Of a DNA stretch of 35,632 nucleotides, positions 21,326 through 32,614 are shown in pieces; position 1 is the stretch's first letter; every line of letters begins with the position of its first letter. Position numbers and translations under genes: made by a program. Source of the DNA: Octopus bimaculoides (Eukaryota); contig NC_068987.1 in the NCBI RefSeq assembly GCF_001194135.2, positions 56,395,900 through 56,431,531 on the forward strand, read 5' to 3'. Below the pieces are notes generated by a model that was given only the letters and a program-made list of their open reading frames with translations, was not told where the DNA came from and made no database searches.

Positions 21326-21478
21326 ACAGGCTTTTTTCAGTTTCCATCTACTAAATCCACTCATAAGGCTTTGGTTGGCCCAAGGCTATTGTAGAAGACA
21401 CTTGCTCAAGGTGTCACAGTGGGACTAAACCCCAAACCATGAGGTAAGGAAGCAACCTTCCTACCACACAGCTATGCC
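21288..21478 (-). mobile_element. (TA)n + SINE head A (old)
   Basis: CAACAGGCTTTTTTCAGTTTCC...GAAGACACTTGCTCAAGGTGTCACAGTGGGACTAAACCC...CCACACAGCTATGCC. Confidence 0.85.
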
Positions 21479-21649
21479 ACAGATTGTAAAAAAAAAAAGA
21501 TCAGGTTGGAGAATCTACGTAGTGAAAAAATAAATAAAAATTCAGACCATCGCATTTAGTCTTCAGCCTGTACCACAATAGCAAGGTTGTGTTGAGATTG
21601 TGATAAACATAGTTCACAATCTGATTTTTATTTCTACTTTGAGCTATAA

Positions 21650-21890
21650 AATTTATATTATTGGTACCAACCTGCTTCAGACTGCCTCTGATTTTAAGAT
21701 ACAAATTTCCTCTTTAGATTTATCTAAATTAAAGCCTTCCACCAAAATTTCATGTTAATTTATGTTCCAAGTTACCAGTTTAATAATGAGAGAATTATTT
21801 TACTAAATTATTCTTCATTATTTTCAAAATTAATTAAAACAAAACCAGTGTACTTTAACAGAAAAAGAAATGTGATAACAAAAAGATTAA
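21650..21890 (+). mobile_element. Family F MITE-like repeat, uninterrupted old copy
   Basis: Collinear with the pieces of 11716-12552; ends ...AAAAGATTAA (possible decayed GGG-TTAA end). Confidence 0.65.
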
Positions 21891-22431
21891 GAAATAACAT
21901 CATAATTTTCTATAAAAGCTGAAATTTCATGATTATATAAAAGTCTTTCATTCTTTCTACGAGGATAACTAAAATATCTGCACAAAAACTAGGCATAAAT
22001 ACTTCAGCTCTGATTTATTATTGAGTCTAACTCACTACGAAGTTCACTGAAGTACTACTCAAATATGCAGAGCAATGTTATACACACATTTAGATAAATC
22101 CCATTTGACTGATTACCTCACATTCACTCCCAGGTGTTTCTCCCAATCTTTTCTCTCTGCTTATTCTAATACTACTATTAAAACCCCTGCACGTCTGAAC
22201 AAGTAACTGAATATTCTCTCCATTCAGACCCACCAAATTTATCTGACACTCTTTTTGTCACCCACTTTTTGTGTCTCACTTTCCTGATCCCACACTTAAG
22301 CACTTGGCTTAATATCTCCTCTGGAATTCTCTAGTTTGGAAAAAGTAGGGGAGTGACTGTAAAAAGGAGGGGCAGATGCATCTACTAGATTATTAAAATT
22401 TGATTCTGTAAAAAACATCCAAAGACTGGTA

Positions 22432-23032
22432 TTCTCTTTGACTCTTTTTTACTTGTTTCAGTCATTTGACTGTAGCCATGCTGGAGCACTGCCTTTAGTC
22501 GAGCAAATTGCCCCCAGGACTTATTCTATCGGTCGCTTTTGCCAAACCGCTAAGTTACGGGGACGTAAAAACATCAGCATCGCTTGTCAAGCGATGTTGG
22601 GGGGACAAACACAGACACACAAACATATACACACACATNNNNNNNNNNNNNNNNNNNNNNNNNNNNNNNNNNNNNNNNNNNNNNNNNNNNNNNNNNNNNN
22701 NNNNNNNNNNNNNNNNNNNNNNNNNNNNNNNNNNNNNNNNNNNNNNNNNNNNNNNNNNNNNNNNNNNNNNNNNNNNNNNNNNNNNNNNNNNNNNNNNNNN
22801 NNNNNNNNNNNNNNNNNNNNNNNNNNNNNNNNNNNNNNNNNNNNNNNNNNNNNNNNNNNNNNNNNNNNNNNNNNNNNNNNNNNNNNNNNNNNNNNNNNNN
22901 NNNNNNNNNNNNNNCAAGGCTTTGGTCGGCCCAAGGCTATAGTAGAAGACACTTGCCCAAGATGCAGTGGGACTGAACCCGGAACCATGTGGTTGGTAAG
23001 TAAGCTACTTATCACACAGCCACTCCTACACC
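22432..23032 (-). mobile_element. SINE A+B, young full-length copy; 276-N gap (22639-22914) covers the internal microsatellite
   Basis: Reverse complement starts GGTGTAGGAGTGGCTGTGTGATAAG...GGTTCCGGGTTCAGTCCC (Pol III A/B-box-like). CpG-rich tail B has a 22-bp deletion between TTATTCT direct repeats relative to 20255-20290. Confidence 0.92.
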
Positions 23033-24244
23033 TATGAAAACAATATAGATTTCTTTTGGCTGGTCTCAAAGTTAATCTTTGCAGAGGAGGAATGTTTTTA
23101 ATTGAATTGTATAGTGTATTACTGGTATTTTTTAAGGATGACTCAGTGATAATGGAAATTGAAGTCAAATTGAATATGACTAGTACTTATTTTATCAAGT
23201 TACCACCCTGACTTACTAAAAAAAAAAAGTAAAGAAAATAACAAGAAAGTAAAGAAAGTCTAGACAGGATATATAGCCAGACTAAAGACAACTGTAAGCC
23301 AATAGTTGTCAAAATATGTGCCACAGTACGTAGGTGGCAGAGCAATGGATATCAAGGAGCCTTAGAGATTTTTTAAAAATATAATTTAAAACTTAGAAAA
23401 AAAAAATTCCTTACGAACCCTGAGGGTGTGCTCTGACACCTTATCACTATCATTATTTCTCTTTCCAGTTTCAACCCTATTAATACTACTTACCCTTATA
23501 TAATGCAAGGTACCCATGTATCTCCTGTGCAGCAAGAAACCAGTACCTGACCCTCTATTAAACTTAAACCTCTCAACATGTACCTCTCTCTATATATATA
23601 CCTCCACTCAGTTGAGGGGGCGTTTTAATCTTGAGAATAACATGGTGACCTCACTAGTGGTGGTGCCACAGAAAAGAACCAAGATGATGATTTAAAAAAT
23701 CCATACTGATGATAGTTAAGGATCTTGAAAAGTTTGTTATTCATAATTTTGTTGTACACAATTATGATCAACAAAACAAGGCAATTGCAATGGTTTTCTA
23801 TATTTTTTTTAACACTTTCAATGCAGAAGAGGTCAGTAATTTTTAACCTTCTGTGCAATGTGTACCAGTAATACTTTGTTTCATCTCTAGTGCAATTAAT
23901 CACAAAGTCAGAAAAAGTAGCAACCAATGATGTGAGCTTTTAGTAGGGTGCTTTAATATTTCTGACAGTTTTTTGCTCTTAGAAATGAGATGATATAAAA
24001 TATAAAAAAAGAAAAACTAAATTTTGAGAAGAAATGGTTTATGAATAACAATTTGATAAAATTAACAAAATAATGATTTCTTAAAATAAAAATTTAAATG
24101 TTTAAAAGGTGATTCATGGTTTCACTATACAGTAAATGGCTAATAAAGATTATGTGTCTGAGATTTTGTTATTTGGTAATGAAAATATGTCATCATCATC
24201 ATTTAACACCCACGTTCCATACTGGGATGGATTGAACATAGCTA

Positions 24245-24473
24245 TCTTTTATTTTTTTTACTTGTTTCAGTTATTGGACTGCAGCCATGCTGGAGCACTG
24301 CCTTCATGGGTTTTAGTCAAAGAGATCGACCCACAAAACTTATTTTTTAAAGCCTAATAGTTATTCTGTCAATCTCTTTTGCCGAATCACTAAGTTACAG
24401 GGATGTAAACACACCAACACTAGTTGTCAAGCAGTGGTGGGGGACAAGCACTGACACACACACACACACACAC

Positions 24474-24544
<71 letters not shown>

Positions 24545-24703
24545 ATGGGTATCTTTTAGTTTCCATCTAACAAATCCACTCAAGAGTTTGGTTGGCCTGA
24601 GGCTATGGTAGAAGACAATTGCCCAAGGTGCCATGCAGTGGGGCTGAACTCGGAATCATGTGGTTGGGAAGCAAGCTTCTTATCTCACAGTCATGCCTGC
24701 ATC
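24245..24703 (-). mobile_element. SINE A+B, full-length with long compound (CA)n(CATA)n(TA)n core
   Basis: Tail B at 24245-24455, microsatellite at 24455-24540, head A at 24541-24703. Confidence 0.9.
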
Positions 24704-25894
24704 TGTATTTATGTTTATCATTTTTGAAAAGTTTTGTATATAAATAACTGAATAACTTAAGGCAATATTTATAATCCCTTTGAGGCTCACTAATCAGATG
24801 ACAAATCAAAGAAATTAATCCGATTAATCTTATAATCTAGCAGTCCCTCTGCTTCACATCACACAATACTCCCCATCAAAATGGAACATTAGTAAAGGAG
24901 ATAAATCTAATAGATTAGTTAGTTGCGAGTGTAGTAGTAGTTACATGAGTATATTCTTTCTCCTGGAAAAGGAATAGTAAAAACTTTCTTAAAGACGGTT
25001 AGGGAGTTATTTTACTAGAGTAAGCATGTTTTGGTGTTCATGTTTCACAAGGCAAAAAATGTGACAGTTTAGTGTAAAAGAATCTAATGATTTGGATGAA
25101 TCTAACACAACTGCAAGATAAGTTTCAAACAGGCAGAATATAAAAAAAAAATATAAAAGTTATATAGAAACACCCACTTTTATATTATTACATACACACA
25201 CACACACCAACATGTACACACATGCATAAATAAATGAATTTATGAAAGCCAGAAATAGCCCACTACCACCACACCATAAAACAAAATAATAAAAAAAAGA
25301 TATGCTTTTCTTACAAAAACGAGTAGTAAAAAGAAAATATTGCAAATGTTAAAGTTTCTAAGTGGGGGTAGTTGCTATAAGAAGTAGTGTATAACAGTTG
25401 GTGCAGAGTAAACATACATATAACACAAACACATATATACATACAAACCTATACACACACACACAGATTTTATTTCAGCTTTACTTCTCAGGAGATGGTA
25501 ATGGAGACTTAAGCAATCTTGTCAGAATTGCACTCGATTTCTTCTCCACTAAGCTCACTCAAAATTGTTGTAATATTTTGCCCCAGAATTGCTCTTGTTC
25601 ACTAGACTTATCACCAAAAGCACCCCATCGTTACCAATGTTGTTTCTTATTCATACAGTGTATTTAGAACTACATAATCCAATTTTATACAGACTTGTTT
25701 TTCTTCTTTTTCTTCTAGATGGTAGAGTGGTTTTGAGGCTGTTATTTCTAGCAAGTAAAATAGCTACATACAGTATCCATTATTAGATTGTGTAGAAATA
25801 GAGTTAAAACTCCAACAAAATGTGAATAAAAAAATTTAGAGGGATGTCTGAATCTTCAGTGGTGATATTTCATCTGCTACATATACTATCGTGA

Positions 25895-26160
25895 GAGACA
25901 TTGAAGTCATGTGGCCTAATGATTAGGCAACTACACACACGGTTGCAAGATAGTGGTTTCAATTCCTGGAACAGGCAGTGCACTGTGTTCTTGAGCAAAA
26001 CACCTTATTTCCTATTGCTCCAGTTCACTCAGCTGAAAATGACTAACTCTGCAACAGACAGGTATCTCTTTCAGGAGTGAATGCTATGACTGATCTTAGC
26101 CACTTATTCACCATGGAAACCAGGTAACCAGCACTAAAAGTCCTTGGACTTGAAACAGTA
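25895..26160 (+). mobile_element. tRNA-derived SINE sharing head and CORE-like region with family G but with a different 3' part
   Basis: GTGGCCTAATGATTAG...GGTTTCAATTCC...GTGTTCTTGAGCAAAACACCTTATTT...TTGCTCCAGTTCACTCAGCTG matches reverse complement of 17030-17160; downstream AACTCTGCAACAGAC...GGAAACCAGG does not match G. Confidence 0.65.
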
Positions 26161-26309
26161 ATGCTAATGATGGATATGTATCAAAGGCAGCTGATCACCC
26201 AAAGCAAGAATGAAGTAATGATATTTGGAATTTTTTTACAATAACCAATCATTGGTATAAACTGTGATGCTACTTAATAGTGAGGTACTGCTACAGAATA
26301 TGGAAGATC

Positions 26310-26486
26310 TGTGCCGGTACCATAAAAAAAAAAGACTATCCCATATACTCTGTTAAGTGGTTGGCAGTAGGAAGGGTATCCAACCACAGAAACTATGCCA
26401 AAGCAGACACTGGAGCCAATTCTGTCAAACCATCCAAACTATCTACCATACAAGAATAGAAGGTGGATGCTAAAAGATGGTGATCT
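26310..26486 (+). mobile_element. RTE-like 3'-UTR fragment (old)
   Basis: GTGCCGGTACCATAAAA...GTGGTTGGCAGTAGGAAGGGTATCCAACC; homologous to 3835-4019. Confidence 0.7.
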
Positions 26487-26749
26487 TGGAGAGAAATGAG
26501 TCATATTGTTATATCTAAAACACTCTTTCTACATAAAAGGACAAGTGAACTGAGAGGTGAGGGTGAATATTAAAGATATTAGATGATATACAGAGATGGA
26601 TAAGTATTGGTACGAAGAAGTTAAATGAACAGACAATGAGTACTAAGTGAAAGAAAGCCGTAGTGTATCCATAGTGGAAGAGGTAAACTAAGGAAAACAA
26701 GGGAAGAAGTAACATGGTTAGATTTCCTGATGCAGGACCTTACAGTAGA

Positions 26750-26972
26750 GATATTGGCTTCAAGTTTTGGCATAGGGCCAGAAGTTCAGAGGTGGGAGTG
26801 GGATAAGTCAATTATATAGATCCCAGTGCTCAACTGGTACATATTTTATCCACCCCGAAAGGATGACAGGCAAAGTTGATCTCAGTAGAATTTGAACACA
26901 GAATGTAAAGATGGACAAAATATCGCTAAGCATTTTGTCCTGCATGTTAACAATTCTGCCAGCGTGCTGCCT
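26750..26972 (-). mobile_element. SINE family E copy
   Basis: AACTGGTACATATTTTATCCACCCCGAAAGGATGACAGGCAAAGTTGATCTC...AATTTGAACACAGAA is the reverse complement of the family E core. Confidence 0.75.
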
Positions 26973-27499
26973 TGCTTATGGTAAAGATACTGAAATCTGA
27001 AAATGGTTAGTGATATGATGTATGGAAGACTGTTTTAACTAATGCCTCCATGGAGAAACAGTTGTAAAAAAAATGAGAGGAGATAAAGAGACTGAGAGAA
27101 GGTTGTAACTAAATAATTAACAGAACTATAGTGCTACTTATCATATGATGGCTAACTCTAGGAGTATATTTGCACTATCATGGGCAATATCAGAAAATGG
27201 CATACACACACTATCAATAATTATAATTTAACTTTTATCAAATTTCTAATGATTCTGCCAGCTCTGCTTAAGATGATAATGAGAATCATAATACAAACAT
27301 CATTAAACAAATAATAAAGTAATGAATTCTCTCTTAATAGACTTTGCGTTTCCTTGAGGATGTTTTTCCCTTGGTCTCATCTACTGACCACAGTTGGTGT
27401 TATTATTATCTGAACAAGGTACTATACATAGCTTTGATCAGCTGCCTATAGTACTTTCTTCAACAAACTCTTCCATTTCCATAACATGTGATGTTATGT

Positions 27500-27735
27500 A
27501 TTCAACACTGGCCAATCAACTTTCGCTAATGGTCTTTATCAGTAGTAAGGTCATCAATTTCTTTAACTCTAATACTGCATCTGGCCAGAACATCATTAAC
27601 TTATGAAATATTATGTCTTTAACAAAGTACCTCCAACATGAAATGGTTCTGCAGTCCTTATTTTTGTAATTCAAAACAGAGGCCAGTGGCATATTTTGTC
27701 TTCTCAAAATATGTACTATGTCAAAACATGTCAAA
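27500..27735 (-). pseudogene. Possible decayed RTE-like ORF2 C-terminal region
   Basis: HILRRQNMPLASVLNYK...W in one frame, then DVLARCSIRVKEIDDLTTDKDH*RKLI in another; resembles GH.LRR...D...WR. Confidence 0.4.
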
Positions 27736-28619
27736 TGAATGCAAAATACTATCAGCTGAGTAAGTCTATATGGAGCTTCCTAAACAGTGTATGTTGCCCT
27801 AAGATTTAGGCTATCATCATTAAGATGACATGCAACAATATAAATAAAAAGATTCCAGATGTGATCACACAACTTCCAATTCCATGGGTGGGTTAGGGAC
27901 ATCATGAAAATCACAGCTATACCACTGTGTTTATAATATAGTAAAAAAACAGCAGAAATTTGACAACTGAACAGAGCTAAAGTGCCCTTCCCCTATCAAC
28001 AAAGAGAGAGAGAGAGTGAACTGGAGTCAAACATGTTAATAAAATATTGCACAATATCTAGGTTAAATAGAGAAACTAGACTTAAAGACAGCCAGAGAAA
28101 TTTAGTTGTAAGAAAAATAAGCACACAGACACAATTATACCAACAACAATCACAGCCACAAGAGCCAAGATTAAAAGTTATCTCTGCTCAGTTGATTGAT
28201 AGCTCCAGTAGAAAGAGGTCAAACAACAAGAATTTTTTCCTACAGAGAGAGAGAGAGAAAGGAAGAAAGTTGTGGAGAAGAGAATATATAATACGACAAG
28301 ATACCACCAGTATAAGGATAGGAGTAACAGTGAGGAGAGACAGACAGGCAGACAGCAGAGTAGACATAAAATGGCAGAGAAGCAGAGTGAGAGAGACTCA
28401 GCTTAAACCATGCAGTCAACATTGAACAGTTTACTGACCAGCACTAACAGTAGTATACATATGAACGCTAGTTTATTAACATTTGATGGAAGAGAATAGC
28501 TAATCATATCAACCCCTACACCTCACCAAAAGCAAAGTTAAAGCTGCTGGGATTTGAACTGAGTATGTAAAAGAAACTAACTAAATATAGTAAAGTCTTT
28601 TGTCACCCACTCTACTCTT

Positions 28620-28930
28620 TCAGTTTGTGTGCTTTCTGATAATAGCAATGTAGTTGAGAGATCTTCAACCTCTAGTAGGGTGTGGAGGTCTCCAATATAT
28701 AAAACATGTGACATGTTCAGCACAATAGCAGTGGCCAAGAAAGCCTACTCTGCATTGAACAATAATAGTTGAGATGGATGGAATGTGTCCATAAATTTCC
28801 CCTTTGGTCTTGTACTCATGCAATGAGAGGTTTTGAGCCCATACAAGATGCCTGGTGTATGAAGCTACAAATCAATCTTGAAGCTCTTTTTTAGTCCAGG
28901 TTTCAGCTCCATATAGAAATTGATTGAATC
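28620..28930 (-). pseudogene. Decayed RTE-clade ORF2 fragment (post-RT region)
   Basis: FLYGAETWT..., YTRHLVWAQNLS, then after a frameshift IYGHIPSISTIIVQCRVGFLGHCYCAE...YWRPPHPTRG*RSLNY; LYG.ETW and F.GH are RTE hallmarks. Confidence 0.8.
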
Positions 28931-29111
28931 AATTTGTCATCATTTTAAGCTTCATTGCTTATACAGACAGTATTGTTGCTGGCCACCATGAAAGCATGTT
29001 CAAGCTTCTTGTAATGTTGCATGATCTTTGTAAGCTAAAAAGACTTGTTCAAAAAGTGTTGTTTCTAGTTCTTGATGTAACCATACTTGCACTGTTAGCT
29101 GTTCAACAGAC

Positions 29112-29260
29112 CAGAGGATTATTACTTTACTTGACAAGACATGAAGGGAGGTGTCAGGAAGGGCATCCAGCCACAGAAAATTCTGCCTCAGTGTAACCTT
29201 GTCTGACCCATGCAAGCATGGGGAAGTAGATGTTAAAACAAAGATGATGATGATGATGAT
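29112..29260 (+). mobile_element. SINE tail C fragment ending (GAT)n
   Basis: TCAGGAAGGGCATCCAGCCACAGAAAATTCTGCCTC...GACCCATGCAAGCATGG...GATGATGATGATGATGAT. Confidence 0.7.
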
Positions 29261-29477
29261 ATATCTATATTAGTAAACTAAGTCAAAACTCAGGATAGTG
29301 GGCCTCAGCAGACAAATAGAAGATGTGTTACAATATGCTTTCCAACAGACTTAATCAACCTCTGCCAACATGGATAAAGAAGAACTAAAATATTGATGAT
29401 GATTATTAATTATTGTAGCTGAAATGTAAATAACAGATAATATAGGAAGATGATAAGTGATACTTTGTCCAAAAAAG

Positions 29478-29606
29478 TTATTTAACTTTTTCCATGCTGG
29501 CATAGGTTGGACAGTTTGACAGGGGCTGCCTTGGTAGAAGACTACACCAGGCTTCATTGTCTGTTATGGCAGGGCTTTTACAGCTGGATGCCCTTCCTAA
29601 TACCAA
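29478..29606 (-). mobile_element. RTE-like 3'-UTR fragment
   Basis: TTCCATGCTGGCATAGGTTGGAC...ACAGCTGGATGCCCTTCCTAATACCAAC. Confidence 0.75.
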
Positions 29607-31014
29607 CAAAGTATAAATGGATAACATCTATTTTTTCCTGACCCTCATATTTTATAAATTAGGTCTTGTACTCTTCCTACGTCTTGGTGATATTTTATTC
29701 TTAGTGTTCAGTCGCCTCCATAGATACACTGGGACTTACGGGTCTAATTCAGAACAGCAAATCTTGAAGTCCTAACTCATGTTTTGTTGTGACAATCTTC
29801 TGGTGATGGAACACTATTTTCACACACAAGCACCATCTCTAGTTTGACTGGTAGATTATGGATTAGTTTGAGTTGTACCAAAATTCTGCATATTACTGCA
29901 CAGTCCATGTTTTCAACATGCTTAAAAAGCCTACAAAAAGTCTAGTGATGTGATATAAATAAAAGTTCATGTAAATGGAACTGCACAATTTCTTTAATGC
30001 TAGCCACGGTATGGAGAACACTATCTCAGTGCTTAGTTTAGTCCTGAAGGGCAATAAATACAATATCATCACATGATATTCAAATAAAGAGACACTCTGT
30101 ATCATATTAAAGCATATAATCAAGGAAGGATCCAGTCAGTGCAATATATAGTTGATCCTTCTTTGATTATTTGCTTCAACATAGAAAGGAAAAGGTAATT
30201 GTCTATGATAGCAAAAATACACAGAAAGAGGCAGTTTTGAAGGATATCATCATATTTAAGAGAAGAGTTATTCTACATGGTATCATTACAGTCGAAGGAA
30301 GAGGTAGTATATACAATATCATAGCATGAGGCAGTGACTACAATATGGTCATAAAGAAAGAAAGCATATATATGAGACTCTGTTAATGATAAGTTTATGA
30401 TTAAATGATAATCTATGATGGTGATTATGATGATGATGAGTAACTAAGTTGAGACTGACCACAGAAGATATGAAGCAAGATAAGGAGATAACTAAGAAGA
30501 ACTAGATCTTAGAGAACAATTAGGAAAGTCAGTGACAATTAAAGTGAGAGAGCGAGAGAGTGAGTGTGTCAAGACTTGATCTGAGGTGCCAAAATAAACA
30601 AGATGCATTAAGATGACATTTCATTAATTATATAAGGAATCTAAAATTTCATGCAAGATAATTAAAAGGTTTTAGAGATAAAAATATCCTTCAGCTGTTT
30701 GTTTGTTTCAACTATTATCATAACTAAGTCAATCACAAGTTAATTAAACAAACTTATTTCTTGTTCCATGTCCAAAGCTAAGGCACTCATTTTGCATCCA
30801 TTCTCTCCGAGATGTAAATAAGTACTATGAGGAGGTAGTTTGAAGCAAATATAATGATGAGCTTTTCTAACGTCAGCTGCTTATTATTAGCACAGCTGCA
30901 CTTCCAAAGAGTGTGTCTTTGGATTCACTTATACATTTCTGACAATATTGTCTGCTTATTCACATTTAAGGTTTCCTTTAATTAAATTTAGGCTAGATGA
31001 AGTGATAATATCAT

Positions 31015-31177
31015 TACCATCAACATTATTTAACATCTATATTCCATGCTAGCATGGGGTGAACAGTTTGACAGTATCCAATGAGTCACAGGACTGCATT
31101 ATGCTCCAATGTCTGCTTTGGCATGGTTTCTATAGCTTGATGCTCTTCCTAATGCTATTCACTTAACAATGTGTACT

Positions 31178-31215
<38 letters not shown>

Positions 31216-31380
31216 TGCCACCTACACAATTGCAGTTGTCATGCAGCTTGCAGGACAACAAACCCTGGAAGAGGTGGGGAGGGTCAGGTTCATGCAAGGG
31301 GATGAGGGGTTAAACTGTGTGAAAAAGCGGTGGGAGAAGAGCAGTTTCTTGTAGAGGATCTGCATGGCTACTCACATTTA
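31015..31380 (-). mobile_element. RTE-like 3'-UTR, longer old copy with poly-T expansion
   Basis: TTCCATGCTAGCATGG...TTTGGCATGGTTTCTATAGC...TTCCTAATGC; GCATGGCTACTCAC near 31365 is shared with 7254-7267. Confidence 0.6.
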
Positions 31381-32159
31381 GTAGGAGAAAGGAGAAATGG
31401 TGAGTAGGAACTGCAAATGTTTTTTGAATGACAACATAAAAGAAATATAACATGAGGGAATGTTCCACTGTCTTAACTAACCAGTGCATGTAGCTGTTCT
31501 AAGCTTAAATTCATTAAACAAAACCCGAGGTAAACTAACATGAAGTAGACGAAGTGATAGTCAGTCTCTCAAAGATTGGCCGACTGGAAAACTTGGATAA
31601 GCCAGTGTACCACAATACTTATTACAGCATCAGCAATAGATGGATCAAAAATATTTTTAATAATTACTTCCCAGCATTTTCAAAAGCGGTTTTCTTAGAA
31701 AGTAGAATCTTCTGCAAATGTATCTCATTTCAATTCCATTCTATAATGGCAACAACAAACACAACCTACAATACAGCATATTTAATAAATACCATCATAG
31801 AAAGATAATGATAATGATGATGATTACAATTTGTTTCTAATCTGTTAGTTCATTCATGTTCATCAGTAATATAGAATATTAGCCAGGGAAAACTTGTATT
31901 TTGTTTTCTATAACTCTGTGTTGTAGTAACCCACTTTAGTGTGCATTACCCTACGTTATAAAAACAAGATATGATAACACAGTTTTTGTTTCTCTCTATT
32001 GATAATATCCTACATTACTGATGAACAAAGTTCATATAGTGAATCAGATAGAAATTGTAATCATGTTGATCAGGTTTTCCTTTGTTGATATTGGTTAGAT
32101 ACAACTCATTGTAAATGGATTTCTGCAACAGTTTAAATTTCCCCGTCACAGTCAGTGGT

Positions 32160-32300
32160 GGTGGGGATACTTCACTGATGTCACTAATGGGAGCTTAAAC
32201 AGAGCCTGAATATTACATATTTTCACACAAGTTAGAGGAGAAGGAATAGTCAGTGCGCTTGACATTTTCAGGCTTTCCCAGGCTCTTGAGACTGATGTGG
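32160..32300 (+). pseudogene. Possible decayed CR1-like RT remnant
   Basis: VRGEGIVSALDIF followed by a frameshifted GCTTTC resembles GES..ALD..KAF; short and degenerate. Confidence 0.3.
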
Positions 32301-32327
32301 TTGATGCCTGGTTTGAACATCCCCAGA

Positions 32328-32557
32328 TTAACCCTTTATCACTCAAATCACTGTCAAATGTATTATTTATTCACATTCATGTATTATTTATTTACATGCA
32401 TTATCTTGTAGCTTCAATATTTTGATAATGATGCGATTGTTTATTGTTAACAATGACATTGTGAGATAGGTATGAGAAGCCAGATCTGGCCAGTTTGAGC
32501 ATAAAACAAGTAGAATACCTGGGTTTGATATGGTCAGTTTAAATACTAAAGGGTTAA
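32328..32557. mobile_element. piggyBac-type MITE (TTAA-flanked), older copy
   Basis: TTAA-CCCTTTATCA ... TACTAAAGGG-TTAA; 230 bp including TSDs; body homologous to 32615-32839. Confidence 0.85.
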
Positions 32558-32614
32558 TGTGAATAGGGAGAAAGCAAAGGCCTGGTTCAAATGCTTGCAC
32601 AGAATAAAATCAGC

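Noticed and set aside
20342-23168. ORFs spanning the 816-N and 276-N gaps
   Set aside because: SINE sequence plus N; not coding.
25489-25667. Open frame GDGNGDLSNLVRIALDFFSTKL after a good acceptor
   Set aside because: No convincing donor and no recognisable protein family.
26075-26123. Exon-like segment with ctctttcAG and CAG|GTAACC
   Set aside because: Lies inside the SINE at 25895-26160.
27982-28425. 147-aa ORF
   Set aside because: Purine-rich low-complexity sequence with (AG)n tracts; no motifs.
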